A stretch of 64,000 nucleotides of DNA from the NCBI GenBank assembly GCA_965200315.1, contig OZ241362.1, positions 1,440,001-1,504,000 of the forward strand. Reading direction: 5' to 3'. The number at the start of each line of letters is the position of its first letter. The stretch's first letter is position 1. This DNA is from Candidatus Latescibacterota bacterium (GTDB lineage: Bacteria > Latescibacterota > UBA2968 > UBA8231). The position numbers and the translations under genes are program-made. Of the stretch, positions 37,897 to 47,749 are shown in pieces. A model generated the notes under the pieces. That model was not told the origin of the DNA. It saw only the letters and a program-made list of their open reading frames with translations, and did no database searches.

Positions 37897-38574
37897 ATGA
37901 AAAAGCTCACCGACAAAATTGCGCTAGTAACCGGAGCCGGCCGCGGCCTCGGGCGGTCGTACGCCTTGCGCTTGGCTCAGCTCGGGGCCGATGTGGTGAT
38001 CAACGACGTCAACCTAGATTCGGCCAAGCAATACAACGAAAAGCTGAACGCGGACACGGTCGTCGATACAAGCGAATGGGGCCGCCTCGACATTCTGGTC
38101 AACAACGCCGGTGGCGGCTTGCGCTTACCGGGCGCCCCCCCGGAAGAAGAGTACTTCCGCTTCATCATGGAAATCAACTTGATGAGCGCGGTCCACTGTT
38201 GCTTGGCGGCAAAAGAGCCTATGCAGCGCCAGCGCAGCGGCAAAATCATCAACATTTCTTCGTTAGCCGGGTTGCGCGGGACCGAAGGGGGACCGCCGTA
38301 CAGCATCGCCAAGGCCGGAGTTGCCCACTACACCAAGGTCTTGGCCAAGGAGTTGGGGCCTTATGGGGTCAACGTCAACTGCATTGCGCCCGGCTACATC
38401 CTCAGCGCACGCAAAATCGCCGAAGGCATGGGCGCGGGCGCGGGCGACCACATCCCGCTCGGTCGCTTCGGCAAGCCAGAAGATTGCGCTAAGGTAGTGG
38501 AATTTTTGGCTACCGATCTCTCGGATTACGTGACCGGCCAGTGCATTTCCGTCTGCGGCGGAGTCGCGATCTGA
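37897..38574 (+). CDS. Short-chain dehydrogenase/reductase, probably with an internal in-frame deletion
   Basis: TGAGRGLG, LVNNAG, YSIAK, VNCIAPG; the usual betaC-alphaD segment (about 25-30 aa) appears absent between ADTVV and DTSEWGRLD. Confidence 0.8.
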   Translation: MKKLTDKIALVTGAGRGLGRSYALRLAQLGADVVINDVNLDSAKQYNEKLNADTVVDTSEWGRLDILVNNAGGGLRLPGAPPEEEYFRFIMEINLMSAVHCCLAAKEPMQRQRSGKIINISSLAGLRGTEGGPPYSIAKAGVAHYTKVLAKELGPYGVNVNCIAPGYILSARKIAEGMGAGAGDHIPLGRFGKPEDCAKVVEFLATDLSDYVTGQCISVCGGVAI

Positions 38575-38575
38575 A

Positions 38576-38760
38576 TCACCAATTGGAAGGTGCCGCCAGC
38601 GACACCAATGCTGCTATCAGATTTGCGACTGCGTGTATTACAAATACATACGGCAATGGAACGGAATCGTTCGTAAGTAATAGGCTAACACTAAGCCCAC
38701 TACAAAAGATGAGAGCAATCTCGGTAGTGGCCCGAAGTGAGATAACGAAAACAGAGTAGC
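38576..38760 (-). pseudogene. Lower-GC membrane-protein fragment, possibly a CPBP/Abi protease C-terminus
   Basis: Hydrophobic helices ending VFVIHAVANLI (HxxxN motif); no good start. Confidence 0.3.
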
Positions 38761-38807
38761 ATTTGCCGCAGCGGCACTCCTCTGCGTTCATCTGCGCGGC
38801 CCCACAG

Positions 38808-39977
38808 CTAAGACGGCTCGGCCTGCAGATGTTCTTTAACCTCGTCAAAAAACGCCTTAAAGGAGCCGGTGGCGGCGCGTTCCCAACGGTCGAACGTCGC
38901 TTGCAGGACTGCTAGCCAGCACTCTTTGGGCAGACTTTGCACCGCCAAGCAGACGTAATAGGCATCGGTCAACGCCAAGCCCCGCCGGCCATCCACGAGG
39001 GCTTGCTCCATGCGCTCGACGAACGGAGCTATCTCGGGCAAGGCTTCGACGCACTTTGCCTTGTGCTGAACAAAGCTCGCCAAGTGATTGACCATGCTCC
39101 GGCTAAAGTCGTGCCGCTTAGCGGTGCCGGATACGTCGCCGAGGTCCAAGTCTCCCCTGTGATACAATGCCAACAACTGCTGGGTGATCGTGCGTTGCTT
39201 CGCCCCAAGGGTTGCTTGCCGCGCACTGCGCAAGCCGCTGGTGAGGGCCGACATGTCATGGCAGCAGTTGAGCCAGCGCGTACCTTTGGCGACCACGCGG
39301 CGCATAGACTCGCCCGGGCCGACCGCCGTACCCATGGCCTTGCCACTGGCAGCGCAAGCGGCTCCCACGCGGTCAAAGGCCGCCAGTACGCGCTCGTGGT
39401 CTATGTGGGGAACTCCTTCGCGCTCGACTCCGTAGCTGTGCGCCAAGTCGCTCGGCCCCACGAAGAGCAAGTCAATTCCTGCAACGGCGGCAATGGCTTC
39501 CACCTCTTCCACGCCCTCGGCGTCTTCGATCATCACGCCCAGTATAGTCTCGGCGTCGGCCCTTCCCATGTACTCGGCGGGGTCCAGCGTACCGTAGTCC
39601 GAATCCCGGCCACAACCCAAGCCGCGCAAGCCCAGCGGCCGGAACTTGGCCATCTGCACAAAAGCCTGCGCTTCGTCCGCGCTCTTGCAATGGGGCCAAA
39701 CCAGCCCCCCGGCCCCTAACTCCAGCGGCTTAATCGCCTGATTGTACGGCCCCTTGGGGATGCGGACCACTGTATCGACCCCCGTGGCCTGCGCCGCCAA
39801 AATTAGCTGCGACAGCGCGTCTAGCCCCAGATGGGAATGCTCCATGTCGATCCAGACGCAGCCAAAGCCCGCTTGAGCGGCCAACTCTACCACGACCGGA
39901 CCGAAGATTCGGTTGATTTCGACTATCTCCACGGTCGCCCCTCCGAGCAGGGCGGCCTTGGTCTGGTTGGTTTTCAT
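38808..39977 (-). CDS. HpcH/HpaI aldolase with an extra C-terminal domain of about 130 aa
   Basis: WIDMEHS, KFRPLGLRG, VMIED, LFVGPSDL; start MKTNQ at 39977 (ATGA overlap). Confidence 0.85.
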   Translation of the reverse strand: MKTNQTKAALLGGATVEIVEINRIFGPVVVELAAQAGFGCVWIDMEHSHLGLDALSQLILAAQATGVDTVVRIPKGPYNQAIKPLELGAGGLVWPHCKSADEAQAFVQMAKFRPLGLRGLGCGRDSDYGTLDPAEYMGRADAETILGVMIEDAEGVEEVEAIAAVAGIDLLFVGPSDLAHSYGVEREGVPHIDHERVLAAFDRVGAACAASGKAMGTAVGPGESMRRVVAKGTRWLNCCHDMSALTSGLRSARQATLGAKQRTITQQLLALYHRGDLDLGDVSGTAKRHDFSRSMVNHLASFVQHKAKCVEALPEIAPFVERMEQALVDGRRGLALTDAYYVCLAVQSLPKECWLAVLQATFDRWERAATGSFKAFFDEVKEHLQAEPS

Positions 39978-40894
39978 GATGCCTCCGCAAATTGTGGCAG
40001 CACGTCGCGGCCAAACCACTCGATGGTTTGCCGGATCGCCTCCGGTGGGATGCCCAGCGCCCCGGCACCAATCGTCACGCGCTCTAAGCCGGGCAATTGC
40101 GCGTGGATTTCGGCGAGCCGGGCGGCCACGTGTTCGGGCGGCCCGCAGAGCCAAGCGCCCTCGCGTACCAAATCGCGCACCGTCGGCAAGCCGGCCCGCG
40201 CCGCTGCCGCCCCGTCGTACGTGGCCGCGATTTGCGCCTCATTCAGCGCCGGCATCCGGCCCAAAGGGGCCAGTACCTTGAGCTGTTCCTCAAACCAAAC
40301 CCCAGCCTCGCAAATCGCCTGCTCTTGGGTGTCGGCCAAGTGGACTTGTAGCACCAAGGCCAACCCTGCGCCCAATTCGGCGTCGCGGCCCGTGCGGGCC
40401 AACGCATCGCGCCAGCGCTCGGCGATTTCCACAGCCCGCCCATCGCCGGGCACCACGCCCTTGATCCCGTGCTTAATCATAAACGCAATACCGCGCGGGT
40501 TGGCGCTGAAGATCGGCTGCCAGCACTCGACTGGCCGGTTGCGCGGGCGCGGCACTAGGGTGATTTCCGTGAGCGTATCTCGGCGATGCACTACCTTAGC
40601 CGGCAGCTCGTAGTGCGGGCCGCAATGGGCAAACGACGGCTCGTTCCACGCCTTGAAGAGAATCTCCACTTGCGGGATATTGGGGATGCCGCCGTAGCCT
40701 TCGCGCTGGAAGTGGTGTTCGGCCAACCACAGGGTGTCGTAGCCAGCCGCGTCCATGAGCTGAGCCATGGCGCGGGCTTCGGCAAAGACCGCGGCAAGGT
40801 GCTCGTCCGTTTCGATCCGCTCATCCACCGGCCGGCCGGCAAATCCCAAATCGTCCATGGCGACGTGCCCGCCGTAAAAGTAGTCGAATTTCAC
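39974..40894 (-). pseudogene. LLM-class flavin-dependent oxidoreductase with an internal in-frame deletion
   Basis: GYDTLWLAEHHF present, but the conserved HPLRLAE..D.L..GR..GIGRG block is missing (IPNIP joined to QVEILFKAW). Confidence 0.7.
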
Positions 40895-40991
40895 AGATAC
40901 TCCGCTCGTTTACCTACTCGCTTTCGCAGGGCGTTTTTTCTATATTCGCCCACCTGTCAACGCCCACTGTAAAACCACAGGAGACCTAATT

Positions 40992-41723
40992 ATGGCAGCA
41001 AGTGGACCCGTTCCCACCGCCCGCGCCCAAGGTCGCGGCCCAACCATCTGGCTGGCTGGCTCGCCCGACGAGCTAAAGGAGTGGATGCCCCTCGGAATCG
41101 CCGGAATCGTCACCAATACGGTAGTGCTCAACCAATACGCCAAACAATACGGCTCGGTCATCAGCCTGATAGAGCAATATCTCAAGCTCACCGACAAGCC
41201 CGTGGTGATGGAAATCGACGGCCATTGCGTTGAAGAGCTCTTAGAGGTCGGGCAAGTTTTTACCAACATGTCGGAGCAGATCATCCTCAAGATCCCCTGC
41301 AACGTCAACGGACTCAAGGCGTTTAGCATCCTCAAGGATCAAGGCGTCGAGACCTTCTGCACCACGGTGTTCTCACTGACGCAAGCTGCGGCCGTCGCCC
41401 AAGCCGGGGTGGACCACATCTTGCCGTTTTGCGAGCCGGTCAAGGAAGTGGGCGGCGATCCGACCAAGCTGATCCGCGAATGCGCGCAGATGTTCAGCGG
41501 CTGGGGCCAGCGTCCCTTCATTATGGCCGCCCTCATCCGCTCGGTGGAGACCGCGCACGCCGCCTTCCGCGACGGGGCCGACGAACTCGTCACCATGTGG
41601 ACTGTGTACCGCGACATGATGGATCACCCGCTGACCGCGCAGTGGAACAAGACCTTTATGGACGAGTGGGTCGACATGCACCAGAGCGGATTGCTGGAGG
41701 GCGTGCCGGTGCGCTCCGATTGA
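40992..41723 (+). CDS. Transaldolase/fructose-6-phosphate aldolase family protein
   Basis: GIVTNT, ILKIP (Schiff-base Lys), TTVFSLTQA, MAALIRS. Confidence 0.82.
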   Translation: MAASGPVPTARAQGRGPTIWLAGSPDELKEWMPLGIAGIVTNTVVLNQYAKQYGSVISLIEQYLKLTDKPVVMEIDGHCVEELLEVGQVFTNMSEQIILKIPCNVNGLKAFSILKDQGVETFCTTVFSLTQAAAVAQAGVDHILPFCEPVKEVGGDPTKLIRECAQMFSGWGQRPFIMAALIRSVETAHAAFRDGADELVTMWTVYRDMMDHPLTAQWNKTFMDEWVDMHQSGLLEGVPVRSD

Positions 41724-41731
41724 CCGCGCCT

Positions 41732-42517
41732 TCACCCGCGCTCGGCCGGGATCTGGCACAGCAATTCGCTCCAAGCCGCGCCCAGATTCATCACGTCCCC
41801 GCCGCAGATTACCAAATCGCAGCCCGCGTCCATCGCGGCCGTAAGCAGTGGCCCCGGCAAGGTGAAGATGCCGCTCAGCTTGCCGGCGGCCCGCGCCTTG
41901 GCCAAGCACGAGAGCACGGCCTCGCGCAGCTTTGGATCGCCCATCTGGCCGGTGCAGCCCATATCGACCGCTAGGTCCCCCGGCCCCATGAAGATACCAG
42001 AGAGGCCCTCCACGGCGACTATTTCATCGACATTCGCCACGGCCTCCATGGTCTCGATCTGGGCAAAGAGGTGGGTACGCGCATTGGCACGGGCTAGGAC
42101 AGCGGGCAGGTCTTCCATGCCAAAACCCATGCCGCGCGTACGCACATTGAAGCCGCGTCGGCCCAACGGCGGGTACTTGCCCACCTCGACGATGCGGTGC
42201 GCATAGGCCGCATCGTCCACCATGGGGACGAGAATGATCCGCGCTCCGATTTCGAGTGCCCGCAGCACGTGGTGGCGCTCGCCATCGGGCAGGCGAATGA
42301 GCGGAAAAACGCCGCCGGCCTCCGCGGCCAAGCACAAGGTCTCGGCCCGCTCAAAGCCGACCGGGCCGTGTTCGCTTTCGATCCACACCGCTTCAAAACC
42401 GACCTGCGCCGCCAGCGAGACGAGCAGGGGCGAGGCGCTGTTGACGGTAACGCCGCGGATCCGGCGCGGCCGCCCAGCCTGATCTAAGAATACATCGTCG
42501 GTGATTTTTAAGGTCAT
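41732..42517 (-). CDS. HpcH/HpaI aldolase
   Basis: WIESEHG, KYPPLGRRG, AQIET, FMGPGDL. Confidence 0.9.
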   Translation of the reverse strand: MTLKITDDVFLDQAGRPRRIRGVTVNSASPLLVSLAAQVGFEAVWIESEHGPVGFERAETLCLAAEAGGVFPLIRLPDGERHHVLRALEIGARIILVPMVDDAAYAHRIVEVGKYPPLGRRGFNVRTRGMGFGMEDLPAVLARANARTHLFAQIETMEAVANVDEIVAVEGLSGIFMGPGDLAVDMGCTGQMGDPKLREAVLSCLAKARAAGKLSGIFTLPGPLLTAAMDAGCDLVICGGDVMNLGAAWSELLCQIPAERG

Positions 42518-42559
42518 GGGAGTCGTTTCTCTTGTTTGAAGTTAGTGGAGATTGTGCAT

Positions 42560-42619
42560 CATCTGCGCCCATCTGCGTCCATCTGCGGATCCTCTTGTGA
42601 ATGATATAGGATTGCTATA
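42560..42619. repeat. (CATCTGCG)x3 REP-like repeat followed by a TAGGATTGCTATA MITE end
   Basis: CATCTGCGCC CATCTGCGTC CATCTGCGG; related CTCTGCGTTCATCTGCG at about 38780; terminal motif shared with 31070-31082. Confidence 0.55.
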
Positions 42620-42626
42620 GGAGAAC

Positions 42627-42665
42627 AAAAAAGACCCCCGTGCCGGAGAAGTTGGCGCGGGGGTT
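42627..42665 (-). terminator. Rho-independent terminator downstream of the TA pair
   Basis: CCCCCGTGCC/GGCGCGGGGG stem followed by a U-tract on the minus strand. Confidence 0.6.
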
Positions 42666-42748
42666 GCCTGTGGAGATCTCAGCCATTGTCAGTGAACGAT
42701 TTTATGATTACATGAACCACAACCGTGCCGATTAAATCTGTTCCCTTG

Positions 42749-42967
42749 CTATGCACTGGTCATTTCAACCTCGCTAGGGAGTTTACTGACAATCAGTTTT
42801 TCCATCTCGACTTTGTTGCTGGCATTATCAATGTCAATACCAACAAGCCTATCGTCGGCATCGTAATCGAGAATGACACCTTCCGAGATTTCCCGACTCT
42901 CTGCGCTAGACTGTTCGGACAAGTCAATGTACAGTGAGTCCGTTTCCGGGTAGTAGTTGAGCTTCAT
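42749..42967 (-). CDS. DUF2283 domain protein (putative antitoxin)
   Basis: YYPETDSLYIDL..EGVILDYDADDRLVGIDI. Confidence 0.88.
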   Translation of the reverse strand: MKLNYYPETDSLYIDLSEQSSAESREISEGVILDYDADDRLVGIDIDNASNKVEMEKLIVSKLPSEVEMTSA

Positions 42968-43206
42968 GGCTTGAATCCTCGATCTGGAAAAGCGTTGTGA
43001 ATAGTCGTCTTATCGTCGAGCGTAATGACTCTTAGATAGCGACCCCCGAATTCGGGAATTGCGGCCCAAAAACAGAATCTGTTATGTTCCTGTGGCTCTG
43101 AACGAACAGCGTTCTCAATGACATAGATGCACCATTCTTTCTTCAAATAAGACCGCTTACGCAGGACTTGCTGCTCAAAATACTCTGTAAACCCATACTC
43201 AGCCAT
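42964..43206 (-). CDS. Putative RelE/BrnT-like (DUF4258-type) toxin
   Basis: 80 aa, GGRYLRVITLDDKTTIHNAFPDR; ATGA-coupled to DUF2283. Confidence 0.72.
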   Translation of the reverse strand: MAEYGFTEYFEQQVLRKRSYLKKEWCIYVIENAVRSEPQEHNRFCFWAAIPEFGGRYLRVITLDDKTTIHNAFPDRGFKP

Positions 43207-43278
43207 TCACTAACAAATAACGGATACTGAACAAATGTCAAGTTTTCGGGCTTTTCCCACTCCAAAGGAGGCCATATT

Positions 43279-43980
43279 GTGACACCACTAGACTACGGAC
43301 GATCATTTGTAATCGGCAACGGCCCGGACAACGAGGTGCGGTTTTGGGTCGAGTCGCGGACGCGCATCATCGACGAAGCCTCCGGCCAGAGCGAGGACTA
43401 CGTGCAGGTGGGGTCGTGCAAGAGCGAGCACACCTTTGCCAAAGAAAACCTCCTGCACGAGGACAACTACGACTTCCTGCCCGTGTTCGGCCCGGAGTGG
43501 TCAGTCGTCTATCGGCGGCACGCCTACCTACGCGACAGCTATCGGGAGATCCGCCGCTCAGCCGAGTGGTGGAACGGGCAACAGTACCATCTGATTGCCG
43601 GAAGCGATGTGGAGGAACTCACCAGCGCTGCGGCGGTGCGCGAGGCGACCTACGACTCGGTGCCAATCGCAGCGCAAACCCAAGTGCGGAACGAGGAAAC
43701 CGGGTTGCAGGCGATCATGGAATACCCGGTCAAGACCATGAACACCAACCGCGCCAACGATATCTACCAAGTTGACACCGGCCCGGTGGCCTTCCCAGAC
43801 CTGAGCCAGCGCCGCGCCCGCCACGTCGATTCTCTATCCCTCGCCTTTGTGGTCTTCAATGCGCCGCACTTTGCCGACTTCGTCCTTGAAGCGCCGACCC
43901 GCGTAGGCGACGAGCAGGTGTATCACTATTCAAAACTGGTATCTCTAGTAGCAGCAAACAGGCTCTACGCAGTGCGATAG
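43279..43980 (+). CDS. Hypothetical protein (contains CKSEHTF motif)
   Basis: Strong AAGGAGG RBS, host-like codon usage; no recognised domain. Confidence 0.75.
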   Translation: MTPLDYGRSFVIGNGPDNEVRFWVESRTRIIDEASGQSEDYVQVGSCKSEHTFAKENLLHEDNYDFLPVFGPEWSVVYRRHAYLRDSYREIRRSAEWWNGQQYHLIAGSDVEELTSAAAVREATYDSVPIAAQTQVRNEETGLQAIMEYPVKTMNTNRANDIYQVDTGPVAFPDLSQRRARHVDSLSLAFVVFNAPHFADFVLEAPTRVGDEQVYHYSKLVSLVAANRLYAVR

Positions 43981-44107
43981 TAGAAGCGATTTGGAAACGT
44001 TGCCAAAGAGACTGATAACCAACCACTAACCACTGGCTAGACCATGCGTAACACCACTTATTTCACCTTGGTCTATTGCGTAAATGTGTCGTATCAAAGG
44101 AGGCATC

Positions 44108-45094
44108 ATGTACAGAGTAGGAGTCATCGGCTGTAGGGGCATTGGCAATCGGCACGCCCGAGGGGCCGAGAGTATAGCAAACGCCGAGGTCGTGGCTGGT
44201 TGCGACCTCGTGCCAGAGCAACGCGACGAATTTGCCGCGCAGTTCAAAGGGGCTAGTCCTGAGCTGAAGATGTACGCCGATTACCAAAGGATGCTGGAAG
44301 AGGCACAGCTCGACATCGTCACGGTGGCCACCGGCGACAACCGGCACGCCGACTTGGTGGTGGCCGCGGCCGAAGCTGGTGCCAAGGGGATTTTCTGCGA
44401 AAAACCGCTGGCCACCAGCGTGGAGGACGCCGACCGCATGGTGGCTGCCGCAGAACGCCACAACGCCTTGCTGTCGGTTGACCACACCCGCCACTGGTTT
44501 CCCGTCTGGCATCGCTGCCAAGAGCTGGTGGCCGGCGGCGAGATTGGCGACGTGAGAGCGGTCTTGTGCGAGCACTACGGCACGCGGTCCATGCTGTTCC
44601 GCAACGGCACTCACCTGCTCGACGCCATCATGTGGTACGCCGGCAGCAATCCAGAGTGGCTCGTCGCCGAGTTGGAGGACGGGTACGAAGACTACAGAGA
44701 ATATCGCGGCGACGGCGGACACGACCCCACCACCGAGCCGAGCGCCAACGCCTACATCCACTTTGCCAACGGCGTACGCGGGATATACCTCGGAGAAAAA
44801 CAGACTCCCAACCGACTCGACTTCACAGTGTCGGGCACCACGGGGAGCATTTTCATCGAGCGGGAAGGCGACGCCTACATCGAGCGAGACGGAGAGCGGG
44901 AGTTGGTTGAACCGCGCCCGTGGGAAGTCGAAGGAATCGAAGCGGGCATGCACGAGCTCGTGCGGGCGCTCGACGGTGAAGACGAGTTGTCGTGTACCGG
45001 CCGAGATGGTCTGACCGTTGTGGAGATGATGATCGCCTGCCTGCAATCGCAGCAGCACAACAACGCCAAAATCGCGCTGCCGTTGCCCCGGTAG
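44108..45094 (+). CDS. Gfo/Idh/MocA oxidoreductase
   Basis: VIGCRGIG, IFCEKPLA, NGTHLLD; ATG 44108 after AAGGAGG. Confidence 0.9.
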   Translation: MYRVGVIGCRGIGNRHARGAESIANAEVVAGCDLVPEQRDEFAAQFKGASPELKMYADYQRMLEEAQLDIVTVATGDNRHADLVVAAAEAGAKGIFCEKPLATSVEDADRMVAAAERHNALLSVDHTRHWFPVWHRCQELVAGGEIGDVRAVLCEHYGTRSMLFRNGTHLLDAIMWYAGSNPEWLVAELEDGYEDYREYRGDGGHDPTTEPSANAYIHFANGVRGIYLGEKQTPNRLDFTVSGTTGSIFIEREGDAYIERDGERELVEPRPWEVEGIEAGMHELVRALDGEDELSCTGRDGLTVVEMMIACLQSQQHNNAKIALPLPR

Positions 45095-45127
45095 GGACGG
45101 GAGAGAGCGGTTTGCCGAATCCACGTA

Positions 45128-45943
45128 TTAAGCGTAGGGCCAAAACTGATTCCACGCGGTCAACCAGTCTTCTGCGCGGCTTTCAACCGAGAGCGGCCCC
45201 GTTATCTCAACCCCGGTACGTCCCTTGAATTCGGCGAGCTGATCCACGCTGGCGAGTTCAATTTGAATAGTCGTTGGCTTTGCCGGGACATAAGGCTTGG
45301 TCCGGGTCAGATCGGCGAGTGCGTTTCTAGCCGCGTCTTCGATCAACTCGCGGGCGCGGACCGGCGGTAGTTGGCGGGCACTAAACCGACTCAATCCCTT
45401 TTTAACGGCCACGGTTGGCAGCAATTCGCCGAGAAGAGCTTTGGCTTCGCGGCAGACGGCCTCATCGCCAGTGACGAGGGCAATCGGCACCCCGTAGTGC
45501 CCGTTGAGCGCGGCGTTGATGCCGGTTTCGCCGACGAGATCGTCGTTGAACCAGAGGTTTCTATACTGGACGCTGGAGATGGTGTGGCACAGCACCCCGT
45601 CGGGTGTTCCATTGCGGGCGTGCATGCCGATCAGCAGGCAGGCATCGCACCCTTGCTCCCACAGCTCGTCGTAGCGACCCCACTCGTGATGGGCGACCCA
45701 TTCGCAATCGGGATCAATTTTGTCGGGGATGAGCGAATTAAAGCTCCATCCTTTGCCCGCACCGTGGCAATCGACCACGACAATTTCCGTCGCGCCAGCG
45801 GCTTTGGCCCCGCGCACGGCCGCGTTGATTTCCTCCGTATAGAGCTGTCGGCCCTCTTCAAACATCGCGGCACCACCACTGACCTGCTCCCACACCACAA
45901 TGCCGCTTACCCCCTCCATGTCGGACATAATCAACACGCGCAT
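45128..45943 (-). CDS. M55 family D-aminopeptidase (DppA-type)
   Basis: SDMEGVSG, VVDCHG, IGMHA, GVLCHT, GETGINA, VTGD. Confidence 0.92.
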   Translation of the reverse strand: MRVLIMSDMEGVSGIVVWEQVSGGAAMFEEGRQLYTEEINAAVRGAKAAGATEIVVVDCHGAGKGWSFNSLIPDKIDPDCEWVAHHEWGRYDELWEQGCDACLLIGMHARNGTPDGVLCHTISSVQYRNLWFNDDLVGETGINAALNGHYGVPIALVTGDEAVCREAKALLGELLPTVAVKKGLSRFSARQLPPVRARELIEDAARNALADLTRTKPYVPAKPTTIQIELASVDQLAEFKGRTGVEITGPLSVESRAEDWLTAWNQFWPYA

Positions 45944-46106
45944 TATTTCGTCTCCTTTTATCGTCGGAATGTGGATTGCAACCGTTTGGCAGGTTGCGAA
46001 ATTTTGCGTAGATCAGGCGGCCAACTTCAGCAACAGCCCTTCACTTCCCGAGCAGAAGGTGCCTGACGGCGAATGAATTCGTAAAACAGCGCACCGGCCG
46101 CAGCCC

Positions 46107-46862
46107 CTAGATCTGCGGCTGGCGGAAGACCGCGCTGGCCAAGGCCGTTCCCTCGCGTCCGTTGATCATCTCGATAGGGACCTGCATCATCGGATAGAGG
46201 AGACGTTCCCCTTCCATCCACGGCCGGCGCAAAAGCACCATCAGGCTAATCGACACTAAGTAGAGAGCGAGGAGGAAAACAGACCAATAGCCCAACGCCT
46301 CCAACCAGCCTTGCCAAGGCACCGACATCCCCTTGGGCAGGCCCTCGTAGAAACCTTGGATCAACGGACCATCGCTGGGGGCGATCCAAGCGGGAACATA
46401 GGGCTGGATCAGTTCGCCCCAATTGTTTTCGGGAGTGGCATAGTAAAAGACCCCCGTGATCATGGGCAGCAAGTGCTCGACCAAACCAAAGGTGGGAATC
46501 GAGGCCGACACCATCATCATGGCGTAAATCAGCACCAACTCCTCCCGCCTCAGCGCCAAATTGCGGGCCAAGGTTCCCACCAAGATATTACCCAACACCA
46601 AGTAGAAGAACAGAAAGAGCGCGACGGGATTGCTAAAGCACCAAGCCATGAAGGTGCCCTGGATGATGGCGTTGGCGTAGATGGTGCCGACGCCAATGAG
46701 CAGGCACAACAAGGCCCCCAACAAAAAGGCCCGAATGGAAAGGGACTGGCTCTCCGGGGCCGGAGTCTCCTCCAAGTTGGCTCGTCTGATAAAAGTCTCG
46801 GCCATCCGCTCCCACCTCGCCTGTCGAGCACCCGACTCGCTATGAGGGTCTCTAGGCGTCAC
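46107..46862 (-). pseudogene. DUF6785 N-terminal half, truncated
   Basis: FYYATPENNW..FYEGLP..LRRPWMEGERLLYPM, then a stop; followed by an unrelated tail LGAAAGALFYEFIRR..GCC (46027-46110). Confidence 0.8.
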
Positions 46863-46878
46863 GAATTTGCGGCCAATG

Positions 46879-47709
46879 CTAGCAGAAAGCGCGGTACGCT
46901 TCCACCAGCTTGGTTGCCCCCTCCAAAATCAGGTTGCGCTCGTCCTCAGCCTCAAAAAACAAGGCCCCCTGTTCCACCCAGCGCCGGGCCGCCTCTGGCC
47001 CTGAGGCTGTGGTCCCGAACGGAATTCCGTGCTTTTTGCACAATTGCAGGATCTCTTCCATCGGGCCGCGCACATCCGGGTGGTCCGGCTGCCCCGGCTG
47101 CCCCATTTCCACGGAAAAATCGCCCGGCCCGACATAGACCATGTCCACCCCCGGCGTCGAGACGATTTCCTCGGCCCGCTCGTAAGCCCGCCGCGTCTCT
47201 AGGTGTACCACTAGGGATATTTCCGCGTCTTGGGCCGCCATCCACGCTCGGTGATCTGTGACCTTGCAATAGTCGCTGTTGCCGTATCCCGGCGCGGCGG
47301 CGCGGGTGCCCAAGGGCGGGAACTTGAGATAGCTGTGCAAAGCCTCGATGTCCGCTCGCGATTCCGTGCGCGGAAGCTGTAGCCCCACCACGCCGCACTC
47401 CAACAGCTTGGCCACTGCGGCTCGCTCTAGCTGCGGGGTTTTGGCAATGACCGGCAGGCCGTTGTCGCGCGCGGCCTGCACGGTATCGGCTAGCGAGGTT
47501 AAATCGAAATAGCCGTGCTCAAATTCGATGTAGATAAAATCGCAGCCGGCCTGCTCGAAGCACTTGACCAGCGACGGCCGCACATACTCGGCAATCATGC
47601 CACCCACCAACACCTCCCCGGCCCGCAAACGGGCCTTGAGCTGGCGGCCGGGGCCTCCTTCGGGATAGAGGTAGCTATTGAGTGGTTTGTCGGCGACAGG
47701 TTTGGGCAT
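46879..47709 (-). CDS. HpcH/HpaI aldolase
   Basis: YIEFEHG, KFPPLGTR, VHLET, YVGPGDF. Confidence 0.9.
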   Translation of the reverse strand: MPKPVADKPLNSYLYPEGGPGRQLKARLRAGEVLVGGMIAEYVRPSLVKCFEQAGCDFIYIEFEHGYFDLTSLADTVQAARDNGLPVIAKTPQLERAAVAKLLECGVVGLQLPRTESRADIEALHSYLKFPPLGTRAAAPGYGNSDYCKVTDHRAWMAAQDAEISLVVHLETRRAYERAEEIVSTPGVDMVYVGPGDFSVEMGQPGQPDHPDVRGPMEEILQLCKKHGIPFGTTASGPEAARRWVEQGALFFEAEDERNLILEGATKLVEAYRAFC

Positions 47710-47749
47710 ATTCTACTTTCTCTTTCTACATTCGCACGCTGCTGCGACC

